Positions 16,712 to 27,749 of a stretch of DNA of 47,360 nucleotides are shown here, in pieces. A program made the translations under genes and the position numbers. Source of the stretch: Myxococcota bacterium (lineage in GTDB: Bacteria > Myxococcota_A > UBA9042 > DTJE01). Location of the stretch: the NCBI GenBank assembly GCA_029975745.1, contig JARKOL010000044.1, positions 1 to 47,360 of the forward strand, read 5' to 3'. Within the stretch, counting starts at the first letter, position 1. Each line of letters starts with the position of its first letter. The notes beneath the pieces were generated by a model. That model made no database searches. It had not been told where the DNA came from and saw only the letters and a list, made by a program, of their open reading frames with translations.

Positions 16712-18156
16712 ATCGCACTTCGCAATATCCGATCTCGGGCGAATTCATTGCGGAATCGACCGGCGGGGACCTTGTGAAGGGGCCGGGCCTGGACGCGCGT
16801 GCGGGCGTGTCCATCGACACGCGGTCGCTGCGAGCCGGGCAGGTGTTCTTCGCCATTCGGGGGCCGCGTCACGACGGCCACGATCACCTGGTCGAGGCCG
16901 TCCAGCAGGGCGCCGTGGGGCTGGTCGTCGATTCGACGCGCCTGGCGGATGCCATGGTCGCGTCGGGCGCCGCGCCCGATCGCGTGTTCGTGGTGGCGGT
17001 CGAGGACACGCAGCAGGCCCTGGCCCAGGTGGCCGCCGCCTGGATCCGGATCCTGGTGCCCAGGACCCTCGCCGTGACCGGGTCGGTCGGCAAGACGACG
17101 ACGAAGGACCTGCTGGCCGCCGCCGTCGGGGCACGCTACGAAACCCTGGCGACCCGGGGCAACCTGAACAACCTGCTGGGCCTGCCGCTGACGGTGCTGT
17201 CGCTGGTGCCGGCGCACGAGGCGGTGGTCCTGGAGATGGGGATGAACGTCCCTGGCGAAATCGAGGCGCTGTGCCGCATCGCGCCGCCCGAGATCGGGAT
17301 CGTGACCACCGTGGCGCCCGTCCACCTGGAGGGCCTGGGCTCGCTGGACGCCATTGCGGCGGCCAAGGCCGAACTGGTGCGGGCGTTGCCGGCGGGTGGT
17401 GTCGCCGTCCTGAACGCGGACGACCCGCGCGTTGCGGGGATGCGGGAACTGGCCTCCTGCCGGGTCGTGACGTTCGGTCGCGCCCCGGAGGCGGACGTGC
17501 GGATCCTGGACGTGGTCGTCGATGGCGTCGGCCGGATGGACACGGTGCTGGACTGCTTCGGCGAGCCGGTTCGGGTGGTCACCTCCCTGGTCGGAGCGCA
17601 CCACGCCCACAACGTGGCGGCGGCGATGGCGGGCGCGATGGCGGTGGGGGTTTCCGCGCAGCAGGCGGCGGACGCGATGAAGGTCGTCCAGCCCGGACGC
17701 CACCGGATGGAAGTGCTCCAGGCGGGCGCCGTTCGCGTGATCGACGACTGCTACAACGCGTCGCCTCGTTCGGTCCAGGCGGCCCTGGACGTGCTGGCGG
17801 GAATCGCGGCTGCCGGGCGCCGGGTCGCGGTCCTGGGCGACATGCTGGAACTGGGGGACGCCTCGGACGTGGCCCACCTGGACGCCGGGCGCCAGGCCGT
17901 CGCCCGCGGCGTGGACACCCTGATCGCGGTCGGCAAGTTCGCGGACCGAATGGCGATTGGCGCGCGGGACGCGGGCCTGGCCTCGACTCGATGCTTCGTG
18001 GCGCCGGACGCGATCGCGGCGGCGACGCTGCTGATGGCGCTGGTTCGACCGGGCGACACGGTGCTGGTCAAGGGGTCCCGGGGCGTCGGTCTGGAGCACG
18101 TCGTCGGCGCCCTGGTGGACCGGGGCAAGGGACACGACGAGACGGGGACGAACTGA
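16708..18156 (+). CDS. murF: UDP-MurNAc-tripeptide--D-Ala-D-Ala ligase MurF
   Basis: TGSVGKTTTKD, NNLLGLPLT, EMGM, DDCYNASP, LGDMLELG, LVKGSRG. Confidence 0.96.
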   Translation: MNRTSQYPISGEFIAESTGGDLVKGPGLDARAGVSIDTRSLRAGQVFFAIRGPRHDGHDHLVEAVQQGAVGLVVDSTRLADAMVASGAAPDRVFVVAVEDTQQALAQVAAAWIRILVPRTLAVTGSVGKTTTKDLLAAAVGARYETLATRGNLNNLLGLPLTVLSLVPAHEAVVLEMGMNVPGEIEALCRIAPPEIGIVTTVAPVHLEGLGSLDAIAAAKAELVRALPAGGVAVLNADDPRVAGMRELASCRVVTFGRAPEADVRILDVVVDGVGRMDTVLDCFGEPVRVVTSLVGAHHAHNVAAAMAGAMAVGVSAQQAADAMKVVQPGRHRMEVLQAGAVRVIDDCYNASPRSVQAALDVLAGIAAAGRRVAVLGDMLELGDASDVAHLDAGRQAVARGVDTLIAVGKFADRMAIGARDAGLASTRCFVAPDAIAAATLLMALVRPGDTVLVKGSRGVGLEHVVGALVDRGKGHDETGTN

Positions 18157-18182
18157 CGCGCCGAGGGCGCGGGGGGAACGGG

Positions 18183-19292
18183 ATGCTGCTGACCCTGGCC
18201 GAGCGACTGCGGGACCTGATGTCGTCGCTGAACATCGTCCGCTACGTGTCGTTCCGGATCATGGCCGCGTTCGTCACCTCCATCGTCATCTGTCTGGTGC
18301 TGTACCCCTGGTTCATCCGGATGCTGCAGAAGCGGCGGATCGGGCAGGTCATTCGGGACGACGGGCCGAAGACGCACCACAGCAAGGCCGGTACCCCCAC
18401 GATGGGCGGCGCCCTGATCATGGTGTCGATTCTGTGCAGTTCCCTGATGTGGACGGATCTGGGCAATCCGCTGGTGTGGGTGACCCTGTTCATCGGGGTG
18501 CTGTTCGCCGCCGTCGGGTACGTGGACGATTCGCGCAAACTGGCGCGCAAGAACTCCAAGGGCCTGCCCGGTCGCACCCGCCTGCTGATCGAGTTCGCGG
18601 TGGTCCTGACGCTCTTCGGACTGTTCCTGGCGTACGTCGGGCCCTCGCTGCGGTACGACCTGCGCCTGTACGTTCCGTTCGTCAGCGCCGAGAAGTTCTG
18701 GTTCACCCTGCCGTTCGCCGTCTACCTGGTCCTGGGGGCCATGGTGATCGTGGGAACGGGGAACGCCTCGAACATCACGGACGGGCTGGACGGCCTGCTG
18801 GCCGGCCCGATCCTGACGGCATCCGGAACGCTGCTGATCCTGACGTACATCACCGGCGCCAAGCTGGGCAGCCTGGATCTGAGCGCGTACCTGCTGATCC
18901 CGAAGGTGGTCGGGGCCCAGGAACTGGCGATCATCTGCGCGGCTACGATGGGTGCAACGATTGGATTTCTTTACTACAACACCTATCCGGCGGAAGTCTT
19001 CATGGGCGACACGGGCAGCCTGGGACTGGGGGGGCTGCTGGGCACCATGGCCGTCCTGACGAAGAACGAACTGCTGTCCGTCATCATCTTCGGCGTCTTC
19101 TTCTTCGAGGCGCTGTCCGTGATCCTGCAGACGTCGTTCTTCAAGCTGACGGGGCGGCGCATCTTCCCGATGAGTCCGGTCCACCACTCCTTCGAGTTGA
19201 TGGGATGGGCCGAGCCGAAGATCGTCGTGAGATTCTGGATAGCCAGTCTGCTGATGGCGATGGTCGCGTTGGCATCGATCAAGGTGAGGTGA
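18183..19292 (+). CDS. mraY: Phospho-MurNAc-pentapeptide transferase MraY
   Basis: KAGTPTMGG, GYVDD, NITDGLDGL, VFMGDTGSL, SPVHHSFEL. Confidence 0.97.
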   Translation: MLLTLAERLRDLMSSLNIVRYVSFRIMAAFVTSIVICLVLYPWFIRMLQKRRIGQVIRDDGPKTHHSKAGTPTMGGALIMVSILCSSLMWTDLGNPLVWVTLFIGVLFAAVGYVDDSRKLARKNSKGLPGRTRLLIEFAVVLTLFGLFLAYVGPSLRYDLRLYVPFVSAEKFWFTLPFAVYLVLGAMVIVGTGNASNITDGLDGLLAGPILTASGTLLILTYITGAKLGSLDLSAYLLIPKVVGAQELAIICAATMGATIGFLYYNTYPAEVFMGDTGSLGLGGLLGTMAVLTKNELLSVIIFGVFFFEALSVILQTSFFKLTGRRIFPMSPVHHSFELMGWAEPKIVVRFWIASLLMAMVALASIKVR

Positions 19293-19296
19293 GGAC

Positions 19297-20529
19297 GTGA
19301 ACCTGGTGATGGCACGCATTCGGCGCCGCTTCTCGACGGCGGAACTGCTGGCGCCGCCCCAGGGGGGCCGCCTGGATCTGACCATGCTGATCGCCGCGGC
19401 AATGTTGATCGCCGTCGGGACGCTGCTGGTGTTCTCGACGACGATCCGGCCCGCCGTGGTGGCCGCCCACGGAATCGATGCCTTCATGTTCCTGCGGCGC
19501 CATCTGGTCTATCTGGCGGTCGGGGTGTTCGCGTTCTGGACCATGCTGGTGGTGTCCGACCGGGTGATTCGCGTGGTGGCCCAGGCGCTGCTGCCCCTGT
19601 CGCTGGTCCTGTTGTTTGCGGTCGTCGCGGTTCCGGGAGTCGGGGTTGCCGAGGGCAACGCGGTGCGCTGGATCGGGATCTTCGGATTCACCCTGCAGCC
19701 CAGCGAACTGGCCAAGCTGGGGTTCGCCCTGTACCTGGCGCTGTACCTCAGTCGCAACCAGGCGGTGTTGCGTCGGCTGTGGTACGGACTGGGCCCGCTG
19801 ATGGTCACCTTCGGGGTGATGGTGTTCCTGCTGCTCCGCCAGCCGGATCTGGGCACCGCCGTGCTGATGGGGCTGATCGCGGTCATGATGGTCGCGGTGG
19901 CGGGGACGCGGCGCGCCTACCTGCTGGGCCTGCTGGGCCTGGGCGTGGTGGGGATGGGCATCGCCGTGACGATCTGGCCCGAAAAGATGGCCCGCTTCGT
20001 CGGCGTGCTGTTCCCGGAACTGACCCGCCAGGGCGAAGGCTGGCAGGTGTACAACTCGAAGATCACGATCGGTTCGGGCGGCCTGTTCGGCCGGGGGCTG
20101 GGCGAGGGGGTCCACCACATGCTGGGCTACCTCCCGGCGTCGAACAACGACTTCATCGCGGCGGTCGCGGCCGAGGAACTGGGACTGATCGGCGTGGTCT
20201 GCCTGATGCTGCTCTATGCCGTGATCATGGTCCGGGGGTTCGCGGTGGCGCGCCGCGCGCAGGATGCATTCACGCGATACGCGGCGTTCGCACTGACGAT
20301 GCTGTTGATCCTGCCGTCGGTGATTCATTTCGGCGTCGATCTGGGGCTGCTGCCGACCAAGGGGCTGGTGTGCAGTTTCCTGTCCTACGGCGGCACGGCG
20401 CAGATCATGAACCTGGTAACGCTGGGCCTGATCCAGCGGTTCCACATGGACATCACCGCCGAGGAATCCGCCGGGGCGAGCGGGACGGCCCCGGGATCGG
20501 ACGGCGCAACCGCGTGGAGGACGCCATGA
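19297..20529 (+). CDS. ftsW: SEDS peptidoglycan polymerase FtsW
   Basis: RWI...LQPSELAK, QPDLGT, GSGGLFGRGLG, YLP...DFI...EELG, FLSYGG. Confidence 0.94.
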   Translation: MNLVMARIRRRFSTAELLAPPQGGRLDLTMLIAAAMLIAVGTLLVFSTTIRPAVVAAHGIDAFMFLRRHLVYLAVGVFAFWTMLVVSDRVIRVVAQALLPLSLVLLFAVVAVPGVGVAEGNAVRWIGIFGFTLQPSELAKLGFALYLALYLSRNQAVLRRLWYGLGPLMVTFGVMVFLLLRQPDLGTAVLMGLIAVMMVAVAGTRRAYLLGLLGLGVVGMGIAVTIWPEKMARFVGVLFPELTRQGEGWQVYNSKITIGSGGLFGRGLGEGVHHMLGYLPASNNDFIAAVAAEELGLIGVVCLMLLYAVIMVRGFAVARRAQDAFTRYAAFALTMLLILPSVIHFGVDLGLLPTKGLVCSFLSYGGTAQIMNLVTLGLIQRFHMDITAEESAGASGTAPGSDGATAWRTP

Positions 20530-21479
20530 CCTGGGGGCGCAACCGCAAGATTCGCAACGCACGGGAGTGGGTTCGGGACAGCCTGCGAGGCGTCGCGTGG
20601 CTGGCGGTACGGGCGGTGCGCCCGGTCGTGCTGGTTGGCGGAGTGGCGCTGCTGGCTCTGGGGGCGCACGAGGGCTGGACCCGCCTGCACGAATCGCCGA
20701 CGTTCCGGCTGCACCAACTGGTGATCGAGGGAAACCAGGAGATGTCGGACGAAGAGGTCGCGGTCGCCTGCGAACTGGAGACGGGAATCACAAACGTCCT
20801 TCTGACGCGTGGCGCCCGGGTTCGCGAGTCCTGCCTGGTCGATCCCCGGATTCGCGATGCCCGGGTCGAGATCGAGCCGCCTTCCCGTATCCGCGTGACG
20901 ATTCGCGAGCGCGTGACCGAACTGTACGCGGCGCTGCCGGACGGCCTGTGGGCGGTCAGTCCGCTGGGCGAGATCTTCGCGCCGGTGGCGCCCGAGGCGA
21001 TGCGACCCCTGCCGATCCTGACCGGCGCGGCCGACCTGCTGCACGATCATCCGGAGCCGGCTCCGCTGGGGCAGAAGCCGACGTTGAAGGACCGGATCGC
21101 CCATCGCAACGCCCAGGAGCTGCGTCGGGAACTGGAGGCGCGTCGAAGCCTGATCCTGCGCGAGGCCCTTTCCCTGGCCCGCGTCACCAGCCGGGCTCCC
21201 GCGTCGGCCTGGCGGGGGCAGGCACTGGAACTGATGCATGACGGCATCATGGGCTTCTCGGTGCGGCCGCTGAACGGCGGGATGACCGCGCGCTTCGGTC
21301 ACGCGCCGTTCGGTCGCAAGGCGACGCGCCTGAACATGGCCCTCGTCGCGGTCGAGGGACCCACGAGGACGGTATCCGAGGCGTTCCTGGACAATGAGGC
21401 CCGCCCGAACGAGGTGACCGTGATGCTTCGGCAGGCGCCGGTGGCGGCGGCGGCAGGCGGCCTGGAGGCCCATCCATGA
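20526..21479 (+). CDS. ftsQ: Cell division protein FtsQ/DivIB
   Basis: TM followed by a POTRA domain (IEGN...DPRIRDARVEIEPPSRIRVTIRER); located before ftsA. Confidence 0.85.
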   Translation: MTWGRNRKIRNAREWVRDSLRGVAWLAVRAVRPVVLVGGVALLALGAHEGWTRLHESPTFRLHQLVIEGNQEMSDEEVAVACELETGITNVLLTRGARVRESCLVDPRIRDARVEIEPPSRIRVTIRERVTELYAALPDGLWAVSPLGEIFAPVAPEAMRPLPILTGAADLLHDHPEPAPLGQKPTLKDRIAHRNAQELRRELEARRSLILREALSLARVTSRAPASAWRGQALELMHDGIMGFSVRPLNGGMTARFGHAPFGRKATRLNMALVAVEGPTRTVSEAFLDNEARPNEVTVMLRQAPVAAAAGGLEAHP

Positions 21480-22717
21480 AGGGGAAGACCGAGATCATCG
21501 CGGCGCTGGACCTGGGTACCTCGAAGGTGACGGTGCTGGTGGCCGAAGTCTGCGAGACCGGAATGACGGTCCTGGGCGTCGGGACGGCCCAGTGCGAGGA
21601 GGGGCTGCGTCGCGGCATGGTGATCAGCATCGCGCGCCTGGTTGATGCGATCAAGTCGGCCAAGCGGGACGCCGAGCAGATGTCCGGCTACATGGTCACG
21701 GACGTGGTGGCGGCGATCGGCGGGGTCCACGTGCTGGGGGTCAACAATCGCGCGATGGTGTCGCCTCGCCACGGCGAGATTGTCGATGCGGATGTGTGCC
21801 AGGTGCTCGAGATGGCGACCGCGTTGCCGCTGCCGGTGGACCGCAGCGTGATCAACGTCGTGCCGCGCGAGTACTCGGTGGATGAACACGATGGGATCCG
21901 CGACCCGTTGGGCATGTCGGGTGTTCGGCTGGACGCCGACGTTCACCTGATCACGGCGGCCAAGGCCGCGGTGGACAATATCCGCAAGTGCGCCGAGCGT
22001 GCCGGGCTGCGGATCACCCAACTGGTGGCCAGTCCGCTGGCTTCGGCGCTGGCGGTCCTGGAGGACAGCGAGCGGGAACTGGGAGTCGTGGTGCTGGATC
22101 TGGGTGCCGGAACGGGTGATCTGACGGTGTGGGCGCAGGGCAGCCTGGTTCACACCGCGGTGATCGGCGCCGGGGGCGAACTGATCACGCGGGACATCGC
22201 GACGGGGCTGCGGACGCCCAGCGCCTGCGCGGAATCGCTGAAGATTGCGCACGGGTCCGCGTGGGCCGGCATGGTCAGCCCCGGGGACACCGTCGAGGTG
22301 CCGGGCGTCGGTGGGCGGGACAGCCGCACCCTGGCGCGCCACTACCTGACCGAAATCATCGAGCCGCGCGTGTGCGAGATCTTCCGGATGGTCCAGGCGG
22401 ACATCCAGAAGAGCGGCTACGAGGACTTCCTGGCCGGTGGGCTGGTCCTGACGGGCGGCGCCGCGAACATGCCGGGGATGGTGGAACTGGGGGACGAGGT
22501 GCTGAACCTTCCGGTGCGGATCGGCGTGCCGCGGGGGGTCAAGGGGCTGTCGTCGATCCTGGGGGATCCGGCGCTGTCCACGGCCTACGGCCTGGCGCTG
22601 TTCGCCAGCCTGCCGTTCCGCGAGGACATGCCGCAACCGATGCTGCCCTGTCGCCCGCCGAAGAGGCGAGGGCGGCTGGTGCGCCTGGTGCGGAAGGTGA
22701 TGGGGTTCATGACCTGA
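21476..22717 (+). CDS. ftsA: Cell division protein FtsA
   Basis: LDLGTSKV, DPLGMSGVRL, LDLGAGT, GLVLTGGAA, C-terminal amphipathic helix. Confidence 0.96.
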   Translation: MKGKTEIIAALDLGTSKVTVLVAEVCETGMTVLGVGTAQCEEGLRRGMVISIARLVDAIKSAKRDAEQMSGYMVTDVVAAIGGVHVLGVNNRAMVSPRHGEIVDADVCQVLEMATALPLPVDRSVINVVPREYSVDEHDGIRDPLGMSGVRLDADVHLITAAKAAVDNIRKCAERAGLRITQLVASPLASALAVLEDSERELGVVVLDLGAGTGDLTVWAQGSLVHTAVIGAGGELITRDIATGLRTPSACAESLKIAHGSAWAGMVSPGDTVEVPGVGGRDSRTLARHYLTEIIEPRVCEIFRMVQADIQKSGYEDFLAGGLVLTGGAANMPGMVELGDEVLNLPVRIGVPRGVKGLSSILGDPALSTAYGLALFASLPFREDMPQPMLPCRPPKRRGRLVRLVRKVMGFMT

Positions 22718-22796
22718 GCGGTCAAGGCAAGGGGAGAAGATCGGCCTTCGGGGGTCGGGGGTCGATTTCCAGATACGGAGCACGGGGAGGTCAGTC

Positions 22797-24044
22797 ATGG
22801 GTATTTTCGAGGTGTTGCGCAGCAAGCAGGAAGTGCCGCCGGCCGTCATCAAGGTGTGCGGGATCGGCAGCGGCGGGGTGAACGCGGTCAACAACATGAT
22901 CGCGGCGCGCGTGTCGGGGGTCGAGTACCTGGTCATGAATACCGATGTGCAACACCTGGCGGATTCGAAGGCGGATGTCCAGATTGCGCTGACCGGTCCG
23001 ACGGGCGGTCGCGGCGCCGGCGGCGATCCGGCCAAGGGACGCGAGGCGGCCGAGGCCGAGCGCGAGCGAATCGAGGAGTTTCTGCGGGGGGCGGACCTGC
23101 TGGTGCTGGCGACGGGCCTGGGCGGCGGCACGGGCACCGGGGCCGCGCCGGTCGTGGCCGAGATTGCCAAGCGGATGAAGATCCTGACCCTGGCCGTCGT
23201 CACGCTGCCGTTCCGCTGGGAAGGGACCAGCAAGGCCGCCGTGGCCGCCGAGGGGCTGGAGACGCTGCGCGGGACCGTCGATGCCTACATCCGCATTCCC
23301 AATGACAAGATGAAGAAGATCCTGCCGAAGGGCACGACGATGCAGGATGCGTTCCGCTCGGTGGACAAGGTGCTGTGCGACGCGATGACCGGCGTGGTCG
23401 AGTTGATCTCGCGCCCCGGGTACATCAACCGCGACTTCGAGGATGTGCGTGCGGTGCTGCAGGGCGCGGGGCTGTGCGTGATCGGCGTGGGGACCGCGAC
23501 CGGCGAGGATCGCGCGCTGGACGCCACGCGGATGGCGGTCGCGAACCCGCTGCTGGAGGACACCCCCATCGATGGCGCCAGGCGGATCCTGATCAACATC
23601 GTGCAGAGCATGGACGGGACGCTGGACGAAAACGAGCTGGTCGCCGAGAAGGTGTCCGAGGGGCTGGCCCGGGACGGCAAGCTGACGATCGGCGTCGCGA
23701 TCGACGAAACCCTGGGCGAGGAGGTCAAGGTCACGGTCATCGCGTCCGGCATGGAAGATGTCGAGGTGGTGCGCGAGGATGCGGTCGTCGAGGTGGCGGC
23801 CGCGCCCGTGCGGACGGTATTGCCGGACCTGCGGGCCCCGTCGTTCGGCCAGGCCGGCGTGCGGCACGTGGACCCGGGCGCCGATCACGAGCCTTGGCGC
23901 AGCGCCGCCGGGCCCGCGCGGATGGTCAACATGGCGCCCCAGACCGAGACGCGCGTCTGGGACACCGGGGGCCCGGGGGTCAGCGAACTGGCCGACTACG
24001 AGCGGATCCCGGCGTACCTGAGGGCGCGCGGCGGCGGGCGCTGA
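22797..24044 (+). CDS. ftsZ: Cell division protein FtsZ
   Basis: GLGGGTGTG signature, NTD, T7 loop INRDFEDV, C-terminal core IPAYLR. Confidence 0.96.
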   Translation: MGIFEVLRSKQEVPPAVIKVCGIGSGGVNAVNNMIAARVSGVEYLVMNTDVQHLADSKADVQIALTGPTGGRGAGGDPAKGREAAEAERERIEEFLRGADLLVLATGLGGGTGTGAAPVVAEIAKRMKILTLAVVTLPFRWEGTSKAAVAAEGLETLRGTVDAYIRIPNDKMKKILPKGTTMQDAFRSVDKVLCDAMTGVVELISRPGYINRDFEDVRAVLQGAGLCVIGVGTATGEDRALDATRMAVANPLLEDTPIDGARRILINIVQSMDGTLDENELVAEKVSEGLARDGKLTIGVAIDETLGEEVKVTVIASGMEDVEVVREDAVVEVAAAPVRTVLPDLRAPSFGQAGVRHVDPGADHEPWRSAAGPARMVNMAPQTETRVWDTGGPGVSELADYERIPAYLRARGGGR

Positions 24045-24058
24045 TTCGGAGGCGGGTC

Positions 24059-24478
24059 ATGAAGAGCCTGACCGAGTACCTGGAGTTCAATGTTCCGTCG
24101 CGTCGGGGATTCGTCAACATCACGCGCACGGTCGAGGACTGCGTCGCGCGCAGCGGGGTCCGCGAGGGCTTGTGCCTGGTCAACGCCATGCACATCACGG
24201 CCAGCGTGTTCATCAACGACGACGAATCCGGCCTGCACGCGGACTACGACGATTGGCTGGAGCGCCTGGCCCCCCACGCGCCGACCAGCCAGTACCGCCA
24301 CAATCGAACCGGCGAGGACAATGGCGACGCCCACATGAAGCGCCAGATCATGGGGCGCGAGGTGGTGGTCGCGATCACGAACGGTCGCCTGGACTTCGGC
24401 ACCTGGGAACGGATCTTCTACGGCGAGTTCGACGGTCGGCGGAAAAAGCGAGTACTTATCAAGGTGATCGGCGAGTGA
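24059..24478 (+). CDS. yjbQ: YjbQ/UPF0047 family protein
   Basis: [15 protein letters not shown]...[24 protein letters not shown]. Confidence 0.92.
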   Translation: MKSLTEYLEFNVPSRRGFVNITRTVEDCVARSGVREGLCLVNAMHITASVFINDDESGLHADYDDWLERLAPHAPTSQYRHNRTGEDNGDAHMKRQIMGREVVVAITNGRLDFGTWERIFYGEFDGRRKKRVLIKVIGE

Positions 24479-24568
24479 CCTGGGCGTTGTGCGGGTTGTT
24501 CCCCTGACCCGCCTCGGGACGACAAATCCACCAGACCTGATGACCAGACAGAAGCTGTGGGGTGAGCC

Positions 24569-25204
24569 TCAACGGGCCGTGTCGGGTCTGGCCTGCGCGG
24601 CCGCGGCATGCTTCAGGACCCATCGGAAATCGTCAAGTGCCTCGTCGATCAACGCACCACGAACGACGAAGGCCGGGATCGATCCCCCGGGCTCGCTGTA
24701 GACCGTGTAACTGACGGCGGTTCCGTCACCGTCGGGCGTGAACGTCCATTCCCCCCGGACGATCGGCAGCGTCACGAATCCGGGCGTCGCGGGGGGGCCC
24801 AGCTCGGGCGCGGTCCCGAAGACCAGTCGCAGGACCGGACCATCACCGACCCGGCGGATTCGCATCGTGTATTCGCGGTCCGAAACCACGGGCGTGGATA
24901 CGCGGTCGTGGAACACGATCTCGCGGGTCCCTCGCGACAGGATGTCGCGTTGCGTGACCGGCGGCCGTGCTCGCCGGAAACTGGACCAGACGAAGTCCTC
25001 CAGCCGGTCGGGCGGGACCGGCGAGCGTGCCGTCAGTCGGAGTTCGTGAAAGCCGTCGGTGCGGCCTGGGCGGCGCGCGACGGCGATGCCGTCCTTGGTC
25101 GTTCGCAGCGGTGCGAAGGCCGATTCGCCCAGGGCGGTCGCCGGGACGAGCGTCGCGAGCAGGACGGCCAGGACCAGGCGGCGGGCGACCGGGTGTGGGT
25201 ACAT
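24569..25204 (-). CDS. Exported START/SRPBCC-fold lipid-binding protein
   Basis: Signal peptide; PVVSDREY, GEWTFTP, YTVYSEPGGSIPAF START-like motifs. Confidence 0.75.
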   Translation of the reverse strand: MYPHPVARRLVLAVLLATLVPATALGESAFAPLRTTKDGIAVARRPGRTDGFHELRLTARSPVPPDRLEDFVWSSFRRARPPVTQRDILSRGTREIVFHDRVSTPVVSDREYTMRIRRVGDGPVLRLVFGTAPELGPPATPGFVTLPIVRGEWTFTPDGDGTAVSYTVYSEPGGSIPAFVVRGALIDEALDDFRWVLKHAAAAQARPDTAR

Positions 25205-25438
25205 GCTCGAATCCTGCATTCTGCGCGCCCTGCTCGGGGCATCGCGAAACCCTGAACCACCGCGGGCCGCCGTCCGGTCAGGCCCCGCCCCTGCCCGCGC
25301 CTCATCGCAGGATATCCGGGCGGAAGTCGCGGTGCAATTGGCAACCGACGGCAACCCGACGTTCAGGCGTCGAGGGGGGCGATGCAAGGGGGTCGTGCGG
25401 TGGAAGACACTGAAGTTTCAGGGGTCAATAATTCTTGC

Positions 25439-25467
25439 TTGACCTGATGAAGTAAGTCATGTATGCT
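25439..25467 (+). promoter_or_regulatory. Sigma70-type promoter overlapping a TGAC-N12-GTCA palindrome
   Basis: TTGACC (25439-44), 17 nt spacer, TATGCT (25462-67). Confidence 0.75.
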
Positions 25468-25474
25468 CCGGTCC

Positions 25475-26975
<1,501 letters not shown>

Positions 26976-26999
26976 CCGCAGGGAACCGGAGGAACGGCC

Positions 27000-27749
27000 A
27001 TGGTCCGCGAATTGTACGACGACACCCACGTGGCGATCTGCCGGCTGCTGGATCGCCGCCACAACAACCCGCTGGAGGACGCCCCCTGGCCCCTGCTGGA
27101 GCGGCTGCTGGCCCGAGAGCGCCCGCGCGTGCTGGACGTCGGCTGCGGCCGGGGCGCCTCGTCCCTGGCCTGGGCGCGGCGGGGGGCCCAGGTGGTCGGG
27201 ATCGACCCCTCCGACGCGATGGTCGCCGAGGCCCGGCGGAACCGGGAGATCGAGGGCGACGGCCTGGACGCGACGTTCCTGGTGGGCCGGCTGGAGGGCC
27301 TGGGGCTCCCCGGCCGCTTCGACCTGGTGCTGCTGCACGACGTGCTGTGCTACGTGCCCGACCGGGCGGCGGCCCTGGCGCTGGCGCTGGATCGCGTGCG
27401 CCCCGGCGGCGTCCTGTCCGTCACCGACTACCACGGCACCCCGGGACTGCCCGCGGTGGAGGCGGTCACGACGGCGTGGGGCATCCGCGCGCCCGTGCCG
27501 TTCCCGGACTACGAGACGGCGCTGGCATCGACCGGCGCGCACGTCCTGATGGCCACGGACACGACGCGACAGTACCGGACGCACTGGGCGGCGCTGCTGG
27601 ACCGGCTGGAGCGCCGGCGCGCGGGGATCGAGGACCAGGTGGGCCGCCCGGCGGTCGATGCGTTCGCCGCCCAGATGCGGGCGATCCTGGCGGCCGTCGA
27701 TGGCGGGGCGTTCGGGCACCTGTGGGCCGTGCTGGAGGCCGCCCCATGA
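27000..27749 (+). CDS. Class I SAM-dependent methyltransferase
   Basis: VLDVGCGRG, GIDPS, FDLV, VRPGG motifs; GGAGG RBS. Confidence 0.88.
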   Translation: MVRELYDDTHVAICRLLDRRHNNPLEDAPWPLLERLLARERPRVLDVGCGRGASSLAWARRGAQVVGIDPSDAMVAEARRNREIEGDGLDATFLVGRLEGLGLPGRFDLVLLHDVLCYVPDRAAALALALDRVRPGGVLSVTDYHGTPGLPAVEAVTTAWGIRAPVPFPDYETALASTGAHVLMATDTTRQYRTHWAALLDRLERRRAGIEDQVGRPAVDAFAAQMRAILAAVDGGAFGHLWAVLEAAP

